Assembly: GCF_000223395.1 (NCBI RefSeq)
Contig: NC_015931.1
Location: forward strand, 1,650,001-1,682,000
DNA length: 32,000 nucleotides
From: Pyrolobus fumarii 1A
GTDB taxonomy: Archaea > Thermoproteota > Thermoprotei_A > Sulfolobales > Pyrodictiaceae
Reading direction: 5' to 3'
A program made the translations under genes and the position numbers. Shown here piece by piece: positions 18,066 through 27,896 of this stretch (positions are counted from its first letter, which is position 1; every line of letters starts with the position of its first letter). The notes beneath the pieces are model-generated. The model was not told where the DNA came from and did not search any database. It was given only the letters and a program-made list of their open reading frames with translations.

Positions 18066-19622
18066 CTACACGCCACGTATTCTCTCATGAGGTGGTTTGA
18101 ACTTCTCATCTTGTACATACCCGCTACGTAGCCTAGCAGCTATCTCTGCGCGGGCAAGCTCATAACCAATATAGACGGCGTGTTCCGGGTTGACACTAAA
18201 GTCTCTAACAACAAGCCTTGCAATTGATAATCCATCTTTTCCACGATAAACCCTCCTTCGACTCCCTTCAACATACTCTGCTACAATCTCGCCTCTATCA
18301 ACCATTATACGTATATAGCCGCGGTCAAAGTTGGCGGGTTCAACTTCACTCTCAACCCTCACTACCTCACCCTTACCTATCGGGATGCGCTCGCCTCTAA
18401 TGCTACCCAGTAGTGTAAGGTCTACTCCCAAGTCTACGGGAGGAGCATGCTTAACATACGAGGCTAACGCTACATCAAGAGCAGCTCTAGCCTCGCTAAC
18501 CTCTATACCCCTCTTGGCCACAATCCAGAAGACGCTAGCACCAACCTCAAACCCGATACACCCAGCGAAAAGGAACACCGGGAAGCTATCAGTCGCCAAT
18601 GCATCCTCAAGGCTAGCCAAGCTAAAGAGTAACGGGTAGTTACAATCGCCATAAATCCTGTGAGTATCGCGCAGTATCCGATACGGCTCGATACTATCAG
18701 CAAAGCCAAGCGGAGGAGGCATCACAATAGGGTCGAGAAGCACATACTGGAAACCATACTCTCTTGCCACCTCTATACCCTTCAGAAGAAGGGTCACCTT
18801 CTCGTGCGCATCACGTGGATACAGTCCTCGCTGGTCGTCAAACGGTTGAAGCACAAAGAATGCTTGGTCACGGTAAGCCTTGAACTCTCGAAGAGAGCTA
18901 CCAGACAGGCCAGAGACAAGTGAAGCACCGTAATCCAGAGCCTCTAGTAGCCTCTCAACCCTCCTAGACTCAACGCCAAACGGTACATCATTTACAAGCT
19001 CAACGAAATGCTTCAACATCCTCCGGTATTCTCCATCATTCAACCACTCCTCGTCACCAAACACAATAAAGTCTGGCTTCTGCTCAACAACCTCCCTAAC
19101 AAACTCTTCAAACTCGTTGTTATCCTGCTTGGGTGTAACCTCAACAATTAGCGTATAACCAGGCTGATAGTAAACACAAGCACCTCCATCTACACATAGC
19201 CGCCTAGCCTTGCTGAAAGCAGAGGCAACTATCTCAAGGATATCCCTTCGCAACTCACTATAGTCGAGACGAACTTCACCCTCTGCAAGCAGCCTAAATA
19301 CATACTCAAGCTCACCAGGGCTCCTAGGCCCCTTCACCACCCGGGCACCAAGACGCTTACTAGCTTCCAGCGGATCGACACTCGACTTGCCCGGCACCAT
19401 TATCACATCATACTTCTTGTAATCACTCTTGGTTTGTGGCAACGTCTTGACAAGGAAATCCGTCGTTATGAGTGCCGCGGTAGCAATAGGTAACGCAACA
19501 ACATCAACGCTAAGACCCGGGACAACCCTAACAGCCTCCCTGACATACTCTACGATAAGGTCACGAGCTTGTACACCAGTGACTATCAGCACCCGCTTCA
19601 CGCCACTATCTCCACCCTTCAA
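18066..19622 (-). CDS. dihydropteroate synthase-related protein (archaeal ~500-aa family with C-terminal DUF4346-like domain), paralog 1
   Basis: The central region has pterin-binding-like motifs: LDPIVMPPPLGF (compare DPGxGFGK of DHPS), YPLLFSL, and GASVFWIV. The three-part architecture and length match my memory of the archaeal DHPS-related family. It is clearly homologous to ORF 28075..29649. The start is TTG 19622 or GTG 19601. Confidence 0.6.
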   Translation of the reverse strand: MKGGDSGVKRVLIVTGVQARDLIVEYVREAVRVVPGLSVDVVALPIATAALITTDFLVKTLPQTKSDYKKYDVIMVPGKSSVDPLEASKRLGARVVKGPRSPGELEYVFRLLAEGEVRLDYSELRRDILEIVASAFSKARRLCVDGGACVYYQPGYTLIVEVTPKQDNNEFEEFVREVVEQKPDFIVFGDEEWLNDGEYRRMLKHFVELVNDVPFGVESRRVERLLEALDYGASLVSGLSGSSLREFKAYRDQAFFVLQPFDDQRGLYPRDAHEKVTLLLKGIEVAREYGFQYVLLDPIVMPPPLGFADSIEPYRILRDTHRIYGDCNYPLLFSLASLEDALATDSFPVFLFAGCIGFEVGASVFWIVAKRGIEVSEARAALDVALASYVKHAPPVDLGVDLTLLGSIRGERIPIGKGEVVRVESEVEPANFDRGYIRIMVDRGEIVAEYVEGSRRRVYRGKDGLSIARLVVRDFSVNPEHAVYIGYELARAEIAARLRSGYVQDEKFKPPHERIRGV

Positions 19623-19726
19623 GGTAATACCATTCCCATTGTTAGACCGGCAATACCTCCAGAATACCCTTCCGCTAAACCCAGACGGCTAGAGCCAAAC
19701 CCCTCAACAGTCCCCACACGCCTGGG

Positions 19727-20728
19727 ATGCTAACAGTGAAGGAGGTACCCACGACAAGATTGGGGAGAAGAGGCCCCCGCGTATCCGTAATCGGTGTGGG
19801 TTTGTGGCAAGCAGGCTCAATACTATGGAATGCTAGAAGTCGAGAAACACTCCTTGAGATAAGAAGAGGGTTGCTACGTGCACTCGAGTACGGTATAAAC
19901 TTCTTCGACACGGCCGAGATATATGGACGTGGTCTATCCGAGAAGATCCTAGGCGAAACGATAGGAAAGAGAGACGATGTAATAGTGGCTACCAAGGTAG
20001 CTGGGTATCGCTGGACACGATGGGATATACTGAAAGCCGTAAAGAGAAGCCGCACTCGCCTAGGCCGCGACATAGACCTGATACAGCACCATTGGCCTCC
20101 TCCAATCTATGCGCCAGTATGCAACGTGATAAGGGCACTCGAAGAGGCAGTGGATAAAGGCCTAGCTCACCACATTGGCCTCTCCAACTACCCTGAGAGC
20201 CTCCTGGAGAAGTCGCTCGAATGCCTAAAGAAGTATGATATACTCTCCAACCAGGTGCAGTATAGTCTAGGCTACCGCACACCAGAGAACCATCTAAAGC
20301 CGCTTATGGAGAAGCATGGCATCATACTCATAGCATGGAGCCCGCTAGCGAAAGGCGCCCTAGCAGGTGCAAAACCGTCAACACTGGCCCAGAGACTCGA
20401 CCCAGTCTTCCGCAGAGTAGCAGGGGACAGGGAGCTTCTCAATACACTCAGGGCGATAGCGGAGAAGAGAGGTGTCACAATGGCTGAAATAGCACTAGCG
20501 TGGCTAATAGCCAAGAGAGCTATACCGATACCAGGTTTCCGTAGAGCAACAAGAATAGACAGCTTTGTACGAGCAGCAACATTACGGCTGTCAGACGAAG
20601 ACATCGAGATGCTCGACAGGGCTAGCGCTAAATACCTTAGAGTCTATGGCGAGAGATACAACTCTCTACAACTTAACCGGTACATACCCGGGGTCCTACA
20701 GAGACTAGTTCTGGCACTGGGTGTGTAA
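19727..20728 (+). CDS. aldo/keto reductase
   Basis: GVGLWQAG, INFFDTAEIYG...SE..LG, IGLSNY and W.PLA.G are typical aldo/keto reductase motifs. Confidence 0.9.
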   Translation: MLTVKEVPTTRLGRRGPRVSVIGVGLWQAGSILWNARSRETLLEIRRGLLRALEYGINFFDTAEIYGRGLSEKILGETIGKRDDVIVATKVAGYRWTRWDILKAVKRSRTRLGRDIDLIQHHWPPPIYAPVCNVIRALEEAVDKGLAHHIGLSNYPESLLEKSLECLKKYDILSNQVQYSLGYRTPENHLKPLMEKHGIILIAWSPLAKGALAGAKPSTLAQRLDPVFRRVAGDRELLNTLRAIAEKRGVTMAEIALAWLIAKRAIPIPGFRRATRIDSFVRAATLRLSDEDIEMLDRASAKYLRVYGERYNSLQLNRYIPGVLQRLVLALGV

Positions 20729-20795
20729 GGAGGATAAGGAGACGGGAAGAAACCCGTTAAGAAGGGTATATCGCGGTAAACAATGATTTGCAGGT

Positions 20796-23015
20796 TTAGT
20801 ACTGCTCGATGAAGTCCTCTGGCTTTGGCGGCTCTGGTGGTAGGCCCTTCCTCTCCCTGATCTTCTTCACGATCTCCATTAGCAAGTTCTCTGGTACTGG
20901 TGCCCAGCGGCTGAACTCAGTACCCCAGAACGCTCTGCCAGCGCTTGCGCTTCTAAGCTCGGCTGCTAGGTCGAAGCTCTCCGATACTGGGACCTCTGCG
21001 ATTATCCTCATTACCATACCCATGTCGATCATGTTGATTATCTTGCCGCGCCTCTTTGTTATCACGGCGATTACGTTGCTTACGTACTCGTGTGGTACAC
21101 GGATGTCTAGCTTCTGGAGAGGCTCTAGTAGAGTCGGCCTAGCGGTTAGCATGCCAGCGTAGATCGCGTTCCTCAGTGCTGGGAACAGCTGGGCTGGGCC
21201 ACGGTGTGCTGGGTCCTCGTGGATGATCGCGTCGTGTAGTATTACCTTGATGCCTCTCACTGGCTCCTTGGCTAGTGGGCCCTCCTTCATTGCCAGCCTG
21301 AAGCCCTGGATGAGTGTGTCCTTCACCTCGCGTAGGTGCTGTACACCGGTGGTCTTGTCGACGAACACGTTGATGTTCTCGTCGATAGCCCAAATGCGCT
21401 TAGCCTCGTCGTAGTCCCAGCCAGCCTCGTCACGTAGTATCTTAGCCCTCTCCCTTGGATCCATATCGTCGGTGATGACGCCCTTCTGGATGAGTTCAAT
21501 GGTCTTCTCGTCGAGGGGCTCAACGCTGATGTAGAGCTTGTTGTGCTTGTTCGGGCTCTTGCCCTCGAACACCTGGCTCTTAGCGCGGATGGTCTCACGG
21601 TACACGACAATTGGCGGCGAGGTCTTGACCTCGAGGCCGAAGTTCTCCTTGAGCGACCATAGTGCGATCTCAATGTGTAGTGGGCCCATACCGCTGAGCA
21701 GGTACTCGCCAGTCTCCTGGTTGATCTTGACCACGAGGTTCGGGTCCTCGATGCTGAGTAGCTTGAGGGCCTCAATGAGCTTTGGTAGGTCTCTCGGGTT
21801 CTTAGGCTCGATAGCCACGGTGACCACTGGCTCGCTGACGTACCTCAGCCTCTCGAATGGAGCCATTGTGTCCTTGAGGCTGAGGTCTACCACAGTCTCG
21901 CCAGCGCGGGCTTCATCGAGACCTAGTGCTGCAGCGATGTTGCCAGCAGGTATCTCGTCGACTACCTCACGGTCCGGACCCATGTAGATGCTAACCTGGA
22001 GTATCCTCTGCTTCTTCTTTGCGTTGACGAGCCACACTTCGACGCCCGGCCTCAGTGTACCGGCGAAGATACGGCCGGTGGCGACAAGCCTCCTAATCTT
22101 CGGGTCTAGCCTCATGTCAGCAACAACGAATACTACTGGTGCATTCGGGTCAGCCTCCATCATAGCCTTGGCTATCTCGCTGTTCATGTCACCTCTCCAG
22201 ATCTTCGGTATCCTGTACCTCTGGGCGGTCCTTGGGTCTGGGATGAACTTGACCACCATGTCTAGTAGTGCCTCGTGTAGCGGGGCCACCTTGGCAGCGA
22301 ACTCCTCGACAGCCTCCTTGCCCTTATTGTAGGCCTCGATCACGTCGCTGAACTTGATGCCCTTCTTCTCAGCCATTGGTACGGTGAAGCCCCACTTGTC
22401 CCTCGCGCTGCCGAATGCAACATTGCCCTTCTTCGGGTCTATCTTCCACTGGTCCTTGTAGGGTGCCTCACCGTAAAGCTCTATGAGGCTGTTGACCTCC
22501 TTGATTATCTCGACGAACCTCTGCATAATCTGCTGTGGCGTGTACTTAAGCTCCTTGATGAGACGGTCAACCTTGTTTATGAAGAGGATTGGGCGCACTC
22601 TCTCCTCGAGCGCCTGGCGTAGCACGGTCTCAGTCTGTGGCATTACGCCCTCTACAGCGTCGACCACCACGATAGCGCCGTCAATCATACGGAGGCTCCT
22701 GGTCACCTTGCCAGAGAAGTCAACGTGGCCTGGCGTGTCGACGAGGTTGATCACGTATGGCTTGCCCTGGTACTCGTGGTAGAGGCTAATGTTGGCCGCC
22801 TTGACAGTGATACCACGCTGCTGCTCGACACTAAGGAAGTCCATTGCTAGTGCCTCGCCGGCAACCTTCCTCGAGATTATACCGGCGGCAGCCAGCAGGC
22901 TATCCGTGGTCGTGGTCTTACCGTGGTCGACGTGAGCTATAATACCGATGTTCCTTACTTGCTCCGGGTTCCTCATTATCTGCAAAATCTCGTGTACGAA
23001 CTTTACCCTAGGCAC
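20796..23015 (-). CDS. fusA: translation elongation factor 2 (aEF-2)
   Basis: It has the GTPase motifs [17 protein letters not shown] and NKVDR, and the diphthamide-site context HEDPAHRG. Its 739 aa is the normal length, so there is no intein. Confidence 0.97.
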   Translation of the reverse strand: MPRVKFVHEILQIMRNPEQVRNIGIIAHVDHGKTTTTDSLLAAAGIISRKVAGEALAMDFLSVEQQRGITVKAANISLYHEYQGKPYVINLVDTPGHVDFSGKVTRSLRMIDGAIVVVDAVEGVMPQTETVLRQALEERVRPILFINKVDRLIKELKYTPQQIMQRFVEIIKEVNSLIELYGEAPYKDQWKIDPKKGNVAFGSARDKWGFTVPMAEKKGIKFSDVIEAYNKGKEAVEEFAAKVAPLHEALLDMVVKFIPDPRTAQRYRIPKIWRGDMNSEIAKAMMEADPNAPVVFVVADMRLDPKIRRLVATGRIFAGTLRPGVEVWLVNAKKKQRILQVSIYMGPDREVVDEIPAGNIAAALGLDEARAGETVVDLSLKDTMAPFERLRYVSEPVVTVAIEPKNPRDLPKLIEALKLLSIEDPNLVVKINQETGEYLLSGMGPLHIEIALWSLKENFGLEVKTSPPIVVYRETIRAKSQVFEGKSPNKHNKLYISVEPLDEKTIELIQKGVITDDMDPRERAKILRDEAGWDYDEAKRIWAIDENINVFVDKTTGVQHLREVKDTLIQGFRLAMKEGPLAKEPVRGIKVILHDAIIHEDPAHRGPAQLFPALRNAIYAGMLTARPTLLEPLQKLDIRVPHEYVSNVIAVITKRRGKIINMIDMGMVMRIIAEVPVSESFDLAAELRSASAGRAFWGTEFSRWAPVPENLLMEIVKKIRERKGLPPEPPKPEDFIEQY

Positions 23016-23153
23016 TTCCCGTTACACCCTCAGCGCTGGGCAACGGCGTAAAACCCGTTATAAGCCTTGGCTTTATGGTATAACAGGGTATGTGGCAACA
23101 CACGTTATACCCTGCTCAGCCGTGTTTCCAACACACGTGATTATAATGGGGTT

Positions 23154-23203
23154 GTGAGGAAGGGATCCCTGCCTGAACCGTGATGAGCTTTCGGTCGCAC
23201 CGA
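23154..23203 (+). ncRNA. candidate box C/D sRNA (element C)
   Basis: Layout:
- Box C is GUGAGGA (23154-23160), followed by a 12-nt spacer (AGGGAUCCCUGC).
- D' is CUGA (23173-23176), followed by a 3-nt loop.
- C' is the canonical GUGAUGA (23180-23186), followed by a 13-nt spacer.
- Box D is CCGA (23200-23203).
No terminal stem is evident. Confidence 0.45.
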
Positions 23204-23268
23204 TCGCGCGGGCCTACAGCCTATTCTCATAATTAGGGGTTGGGATGGGGCCGCGCAAGGGTGTATAG

Positions 23269-24351
23269 ATGCCGGTTGACCCTAGCGTGCATCTGCTACT
23301 GGCATGGCTGGCCGTGTTCTACGTGCTCGTGGTGCTATTCTGGGCTAAGCGTGATACATTCCAGAGGCTTGGTGTAGAGGCCACTCCGTTCGCTCTAGTG
23401 GTGCGTAAGGGTGCGAGCTTCGACTTTGCTAAGAGGATAAACCCGAGGATTGCTAAGGTGCTCTTCACTATCGGCGTGTTTATACTAGCCTATGTGGCCT
23501 TCAAGTTCTATGCGTCTATCTTAGCACTAACTTTGATGAGGCTTAGTGGCGTTGAAACGCCACCTGCAGTCACACCCATAATCCCCGGCGTGACAGTGTC
23601 TCTCGAGACCTTCCTTGTGATGCTCCCGGCGCTTGGTGCGGCGGTTGTAGCGCATGAGGTGGCGCACGGCATAGCAGCCAGGATTGAAGGTGTTCCGGTG
23701 AAATCAACGGGTTTGATGCTAATAATGGGTGTGTTGCCTGCAGCCTTCGTCGAGCCCGAGGAAGAGGCGTTCAAGAAGCTAAGGTTGTTGCCGAAACTTC
23801 GTGTACTATCTGCGGGCGTGCTTGCAAACTACCTTCTTGCGCTCCTAGCCATAAACATGCTGGCGATGATAGGCTATCATCCAGTTATGGTTATTCTTAG
23901 TGTTGAGCCTGGGAGTCCTGCTGAGAAAGCCGGGTTGAAACCAGGCGATGTAATACTCTATGTGAACGGGACTCGCGTGGATAGCATAGAGGAGCTAAGG
24001 AGAGTGATCAACGAATCGAGGGTGGTCAACGTAACCGTACTACGCGATGGTAAACACGTCTCGTTCCTTGTGGAGCCGCGCCTCGTCAAAGGGGGTGCAA
24101 AGATGATAGGCGTTATAGTGGGGTTTAGGGACCCGTCGTTGCTACACACGTTGCTTAGATGGCTCTTCTTCATCAACTGGTCGCTCGCCTTGATAAACGC
24201 AGCGCCGCTCGTCATAACCGATGGGGGTAAGGCCCTGACGGAAGTGTGCATGAGGGCTATCGGGCAACCCGGAAAGATTGTCTCGGCGGTTCTCCAGGCA
24301 GCTACCATACTGATGCTCGTGGTTAACGTGGGAATAGTTAGGATAGGTTGA
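23269..24351 (+). CDS. site-2 protease family (M50) membrane metalloprotease with PDZ domain
   Basis: It has the HEVAHG zinc motif within a transmembrane segment, a PDZ-like segment (PGSPAEKAGLKPGDVILYVNG) and a C-terminal NxxPxxxxDG-type motif (NAAPLVITDGG). Confidence 0.85.
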   Translation: MPVDPSVHLLLAWLAVFYVLVVLFWAKRDTFQRLGVEATPFALVVRKGASFDFAKRINPRIAKVLFTIGVFILAYVAFKFYASILALTLMRLSGVETPPAVTPIIPGVTVSLETFLVMLPALGAAVVAHEVAHGIAARIEGVPVKSTGLMLIMGVLPAAFVEPEEEAFKKLRLLPKLRVLSAGVLANYLLALLAINMLAMIGYHPVMVILSVEPGSPAEKAGLKPGDVILYVNGTRVDSIEELRRVINESRVVNVTVLRDGKHVSFLVEPRLVKGGAKMIGVIVGFRDPSLLHTLLRWLFFINWSLALINAAPLVITDGGKALTEVCMRAIGQPGKIVSAVLQAATILMLVVNVGIVRIG

Positions 24352-24412
24352 GGGTCGGAGCCGGGATCGGGCTCATCACGCGGTCAGCAAGGGCGGCTGT
24401 CTCCTCAGCCCC
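24352..24412 (-). ncRNA. candidate box C/D sRNA (element D)
   Basis: Read on the minus strand:
- Stem GGG/CCC.
- Box C is CUGAGGA (24408-24402), followed by a 14-nt spacer.
- D' is CUGA (24387-24384), followed by a 4-nt loop.
- C' is GUGAUGA (24379-24373), followed by a 14-nt spacer.
- Box D is CCGA (24358-24355), then CCC.
Its 3' end abuts the M50 stop codon. Confidence 0.5.
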
Positions 24413-24447
24413 GGGGGTACCAGGGGCTACACGGGAGGGGTGCTAGA

Positions 24448-25485
24448 GTGGAACGGTTCTATGCGGTGTTAGCGGGCAGCCACGCTACCCTGCCGCTTGC
24501 CGAGCTCCGGGGCATACTTGATGTGGAGGCTAGGAGGTACGGCGTGCTAGCGGTTCACACGCAGTTGGTGCTATTCGAGGCCGAGGGTCTGGATGCGCAA
24601 GTGGTGACTAGGAGGGCTGGTTTTGTCGAGGAGGTTGGTAGGCTACTGGCGTATACCGAGGCGGAGCCTGGTGCCGTTGAAGCAGTGTTAGAGACTCTTG
24701 AGCCTCTTCCAGGCGTGTATCGTGTCGAGTTTAGAAGGTTGCGTGGTTTCGCTGCGAGCCTCTACCCGGATGAACGTGCAGCTCTCAAACGCTTCGTCGG
24801 TATCCTCGAGTCGAGAGGGTGGAAGCTATCGCCTCGAAGCTATACGGGGATAATCCGCATAATCGTTGAAGAGGGTGTGGCTGTAGCTGGTGTTATGCTT
24901 GGTAAGCTTCGTGTCTCCGAGTTGCGCGACCGGTGGCCGCATTTACGACCGTTCTACAAGCCGGGTGCGTTAGACCCGAGGATGGCTAGGCTCTTCGTCA
25001 ACCTCGCTAGGGTGGCTAGAGGCTCTAGGTATCTCGACCCCTTCTGCGGCACTGGAGGATTCGCCATAGAGGCTCTGTTATCGGCGGGCGCGAGGGAGGC
25101 GATATGCGGCGATATAGACCGTGACATGGCAGCCGGCTCTGCTGTTAACCTGTCAAGGTACACTGGCGGTAGGCTCTGGGTTACGGCCAGGTGGGATGCC
25201 AGGAGGCTCCCATTGCGCGACGAGAGCGTAGACAGCATCGGGACGGATACTCCATACGGTAGGCTTACCACAACCGCAGGCATGAAGACAGAGGTTATCG
25301 TTGCGGGCTTCCTCCGGGAAGCGGCCAGGGTGCTCAGACGGGGCGGGTTCGTGGCTTTTGCGTGCCCCCATTGGGTTGAGTGTAGAGAACTGACTCTCGA
25401 CGCGGGTTTACAGCTACTAGAGGAGCATTATATGCGGGTTCACGGCTCGCTAACGCGCATAATAATAATCGCGCGGAGACGTTAA
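24448..25485 (+). CDS. tRNA (guanine10-N2)-methyltransferase, Trm-G10/Trm11 family (THUMP + class I MTase)
   Basis: An N-terminal THUMP-like region precedes the SAM motif DPFCGTGGFAIEA and the catalytic DTPYG (DPPY-type). The GTG start is preceded by GGGAGGGGTG. Confidence 0.85.
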   Translation: MERFYAVLAGSHATLPLAELRGILDVEARRYGVLAVHTQLVLFEAEGLDAQVVTRRAGFVEEVGRLLAYTEAEPGAVEAVLETLEPLPGVYRVEFRRLRGFAASLYPDERAALKRFVGILESRGWKLSPRSYTGIIRIIVEEGVAVAGVMLGKLRVSELRDRWPHLRPFYKPGALDPRMARLFVNLARVARGSRYLDPFCGTGGFAIEALLSAGAREAICGDIDRDMAAGSAVNLSRYTGGRLWVTARWDARRLPLRDESVDSIGTDTPYGRLTTTAGMKTEVIVAGFLREAARVLRRGGFVAFACPHWVECRELTLDAGLQLLEEHYMRVHGSLTRIIIIARRR

Positions 25486-25527
25486 CCCATAGGCCAGCTG
25501 CCCGGGTATGCTCGATGGCGGTAACTC

Positions 25528-26193
25528 ATGCCGAGCATCCGCGTATATGTCGACGAGCGTGAGAAGGGTAGTGGTGTTCCAGAAGCGCTGGCCGAGATGG
25601 GTGTAGCGGTGATATACCAGAGGCTTGATGTCGGCGACTACCTGGTATCCGACGAGATAGTGTTCGAGAGGAAGACTGTAGACGACCTTGTACGCTCGGT
25701 CTTCGACGGGAGGCTCTTTGACCAGGCTAGACGCCTCGCAGAGACCTACCCCAAGCCGGTTATCATAGTTGAGGGGCGTTTCGACAAACTCTGGGAGAAG
25801 ACTGGGAAAGCGATACAAGTGAGACAAGCGTTACTCGCTGTTGCACTGGACTATGGCGTCCGTATAATCTACACGAGGGACCCTGGCGACACGGCGCGCG
25901 TCATCTACTACGTCGCTAGGAGGGAGCAGGTGGAGAGGAAGAAAACAGTCGTCATCCACAGGAAGCCCAGACTATCCACGTTGCGCGAGAAGCAACTCTA
26001 CGTGCTTCAGTCGTTGCCGGGCGTGGGGCCCAGGCTCGCAGAGAAGTTACTAGAGTACTTCGGGAGCGTCGAGGACGTCTGTAAGGCCAGTGTTGTGGAG
26101 CTCTCGAGGATCCTAGGTGAGGCTAGAGCACGAGAAGTCTATCGCGTGATACACGCAAAGCTGGGTAAGCGTAACGATGGAAAACTATTCTGA
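25528..26193 (+). CDS. xpf: short crenarchaeal XPF/ERCC4 nuclease with tandem HhH
   Basis: It has the ERCC4 signature (VDEREK...GDY...ERKTVDDL) and a C-terminal (HhH)2 segment (LQSLPGVGPRLAEKLL...). Its 221 aa matches the helicase-less crenarchaeal form. Confidence 0.9.
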   Translation: MPSIRVYVDEREKGSGVPEALAEMGVAVIYQRLDVGDYLVSDEIVFERKTVDDLVRSVFDGRLFDQARRLAETYPKPVIIVEGRFDKLWEKTGKAIQVRQALLAVALDYGVRIIYTRDPGDTARVIYYVARREQVERKKTVVIHRKPRLSTLREKQLYVLQSLPGVGPRLAEKLLEYFGSVEDVCKASVVELSRILGEARAREVYRVIHAKLGKRNDGKLF

Positions 26194-26204
26194 AACCACG
26201 CCCA

Positions 26205-27827
26205 CTATGCTGCTACGGCTGCGTTATGCCTCGCTGTGTGGTGTAGCAGCTCGTGGTGTGTCAATCCTAGTCTCTTCTCTAGTATGGCCACAGCAACCCT
26301 AGTCAACGCCATGAACAGCTTGAGAGGTAGTGCTACCGCAGGATTGCTCACATACTTGCCAGCGACCCACCAAGCCCATCTAATCGTGTGGTGATACGCT
26401 AACCTCATGACCTCGAGGTGATAGTCTGTAACGTCCTCCCTCCTGAACCAGTCGTGGTTCTTCAGCCTCCCTAGCGGCACGAAGAACAATGGGACTATGA
26501 GACTCGGGTACGGCTTCAGCCTCTCGATAAGCTCGGCGGTCGCAACGAGATCGTCTGTCGTCTCGCCGGGTATGCCAAGGATTATCGTAGCCGCCGGGAA
26601 GCCATTGTTATCCGCGAGTATCCTGAACGCCTCCTCGACTACCTCCGGCCACTTCTCCGGCGGGTAGGGGGCCGACTTGCCCGGCATTATCCGCTTGGCT
26701 AGCCTCGGAGACCCTGTCTCGATCCCCGTCTGGAAAGCTATGAACTTCACAGTGTCGCCGTCCACCACCATCTCTGAGAGTTTGGAGAAGAGGCGGAACC
26801 TCTCCTCCATCACGAGTATAGAGGAGAGGCTAGAGTGGCTCCACGAGAACCCAATACCCTCGCCAACCCTCTCCTCATACTCCTGTTTCACCTTCAGCAC
26901 TTCCTTGTGGAGTCTTGTCAGCTTCTCCGGGTTCGGGATGACACCGTACGCCCCGTAGAGCGGGACATCCTCGCTATGCAGTATTATCTGCCTGACACCC
27001 GCCTCGAGATTCACCCGCACCTCCTCTAGTATCCTAGGCAAGGGTATGTGGCGCAAAGGTCTCGCGGTGACACTACAGAACTGGCATCCCCTCGGGCACC
27101 CCCTCATTATCTCGACGAGGCCGTTCACGCTGGGGGCTTTAATGGCAGGTATCTTCTCGAGGCTTGGCGAGTCGCGGGGCGAGACCTCTATCCTCCTCGG
27201 TAGCTCCCCGCCCTCCAAGATGGCCTCGGCAATCTTCACTATAACCTCGTCGGCCTCCCCTTCAACAATCACATCCACGGGCCACTTCTCCAGTGCACCC
27301 GGCTCTACACTCCACTGCCAGGCAGCCGGGCCCCCAACGACTATCTTCAAGCCACGGCGATGAGCCTCCCATATCTCGGGCTGCGAGATGAACTCTATGA
27401 AACTCCTCCTGTTGGCAGGCTCCCGGCCGGTAAGCCACCACCACTCGGTGCTCGGGTGCCCCAAGCCGAAGAAATCGTGATGCCCTATGAGGAGGGCCTT
27501 GGCACGCCTCAAGTAGGGCCAGATGTAATCCGGGTCTATAATCGCGGCTTTGAATCCTGCCTCCTGCAGCGCAGCCTCTATCTTACGCAGCCCGTAGGGC
27601 GCCTGCCACGGCCTACCATACTCGTCGACCTTCATCCTAGGACAAGCCAGCCAGATCCAGAGCTTCTCGGGGAGCAGGACGGGCGGAGCGGTAGAGAGGA
27701 ACCCGAGAAACTCCCTGCCATGGTAATTGCTCATCATGCAACGGTCGACGGTTATCACGAAGTCCAGGTCGAGTAGCTTGCGCGGTTCCAGTTTACGATG
27801 AAACACTAGCTTCTGCAAGTGTATCAA
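26205..27827 (-). CDS. radical SAM protein with N-terminal Rossmann/B12-binding-like domain
   Basis: It has GCPRGCQFCSV (CX3CX2C) at about residue 243, preceded by a ~230-aa alpha/beta domain like those of class-B-type radical SAM enzymes. No clear DxHxxG cobalamin motif is visible. The start is TTG 27827 or GTG 27806. Confidence 0.8.
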   Translation of the reverse strand: MIHLQKLVFHRKLEPRKLLDLDFVITVDRCMMSNYHGREFLGFLSTAPPVLLPEKLWIWLACPRMKVDEYGRPWQAPYGLRKIEAALQEAGFKAAIIDPDYIWPYLRRAKALLIGHHDFFGLGHPSTEWWWLTGREPANRRSFIEFISQPEIWEAHRRGLKIVVGGPAAWQWSVEPGALEKWPVDVIVEGEADEVIVKIAEAILEGGELPRRIEVSPRDSPSLEKIPAIKAPSVNGLVEIMRGCPRGCQFCSVTARPLRHIPLPRILEEVRVNLEAGVRQIILHSEDVPLYGAYGVIPNPEKLTRLHKEVLKVKQEYEERVGEGIGFSWSHSSLSSILVMEERFRLFSKLSEMVVDGDTVKFIAFQTGIETGSPRLAKRIMPGKSAPYPPEKWPEVVEEAFRILADNNGFPAATIILGIPGETTDDLVATAELIERLKPYPSLIVPLFFVPLGRLKNHDWFRREDVTDYHLEVMRLAYHHTIRWAWWVAGKYVSNPAVALPLKLFMALTRVAVAILEKRLGLTHHELLHHTARHNAAVAA

Positions 27828-27851
27828 CCTCTAACACTACACTCAGTAGCA

Positions 27852-27858
27852 CTAAATA
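27852..27858 (-). promoter_or_regulatory. TATA-like box (TATTTAG on minus strand) for the radical SAM gene
   Basis: It is centred about 28 nt upstream of the 27827 start, so the mRNA may be leaderless or have a short leader. A second A/T box, TTTTAACTA, lies at 27871-27879. Confidence 0.3.
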
Positions 27859-27896
27859 CTCGGCAGTCGATAGTTAAAAGTGTACAGCACTTGAGA

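Noticed and set aside
18004-18070. H/ACA sRNA interpretation of elements A and B (a GC stem followed by ACA at 18068-18070 and 30602-30604).
   Set aside because: No consistent upper stem or symmetric pseudouridylation pocket is shared by the two copies. The conserved blocks instead match the C, D', C' and D boxes in the right order and spacing.
20809-22782. Several 63-150-aa ORFs on both strands inside the EF-2 gene (for example 21323..21775 -, 21538..21987 +, 21988..22332 +).
   Set aside because: They are out-of-frame or antisense shadows of an unmistakable, full-length EF-2. Their translations are low-complexity (S/T/R/L-rich) with no motifs.
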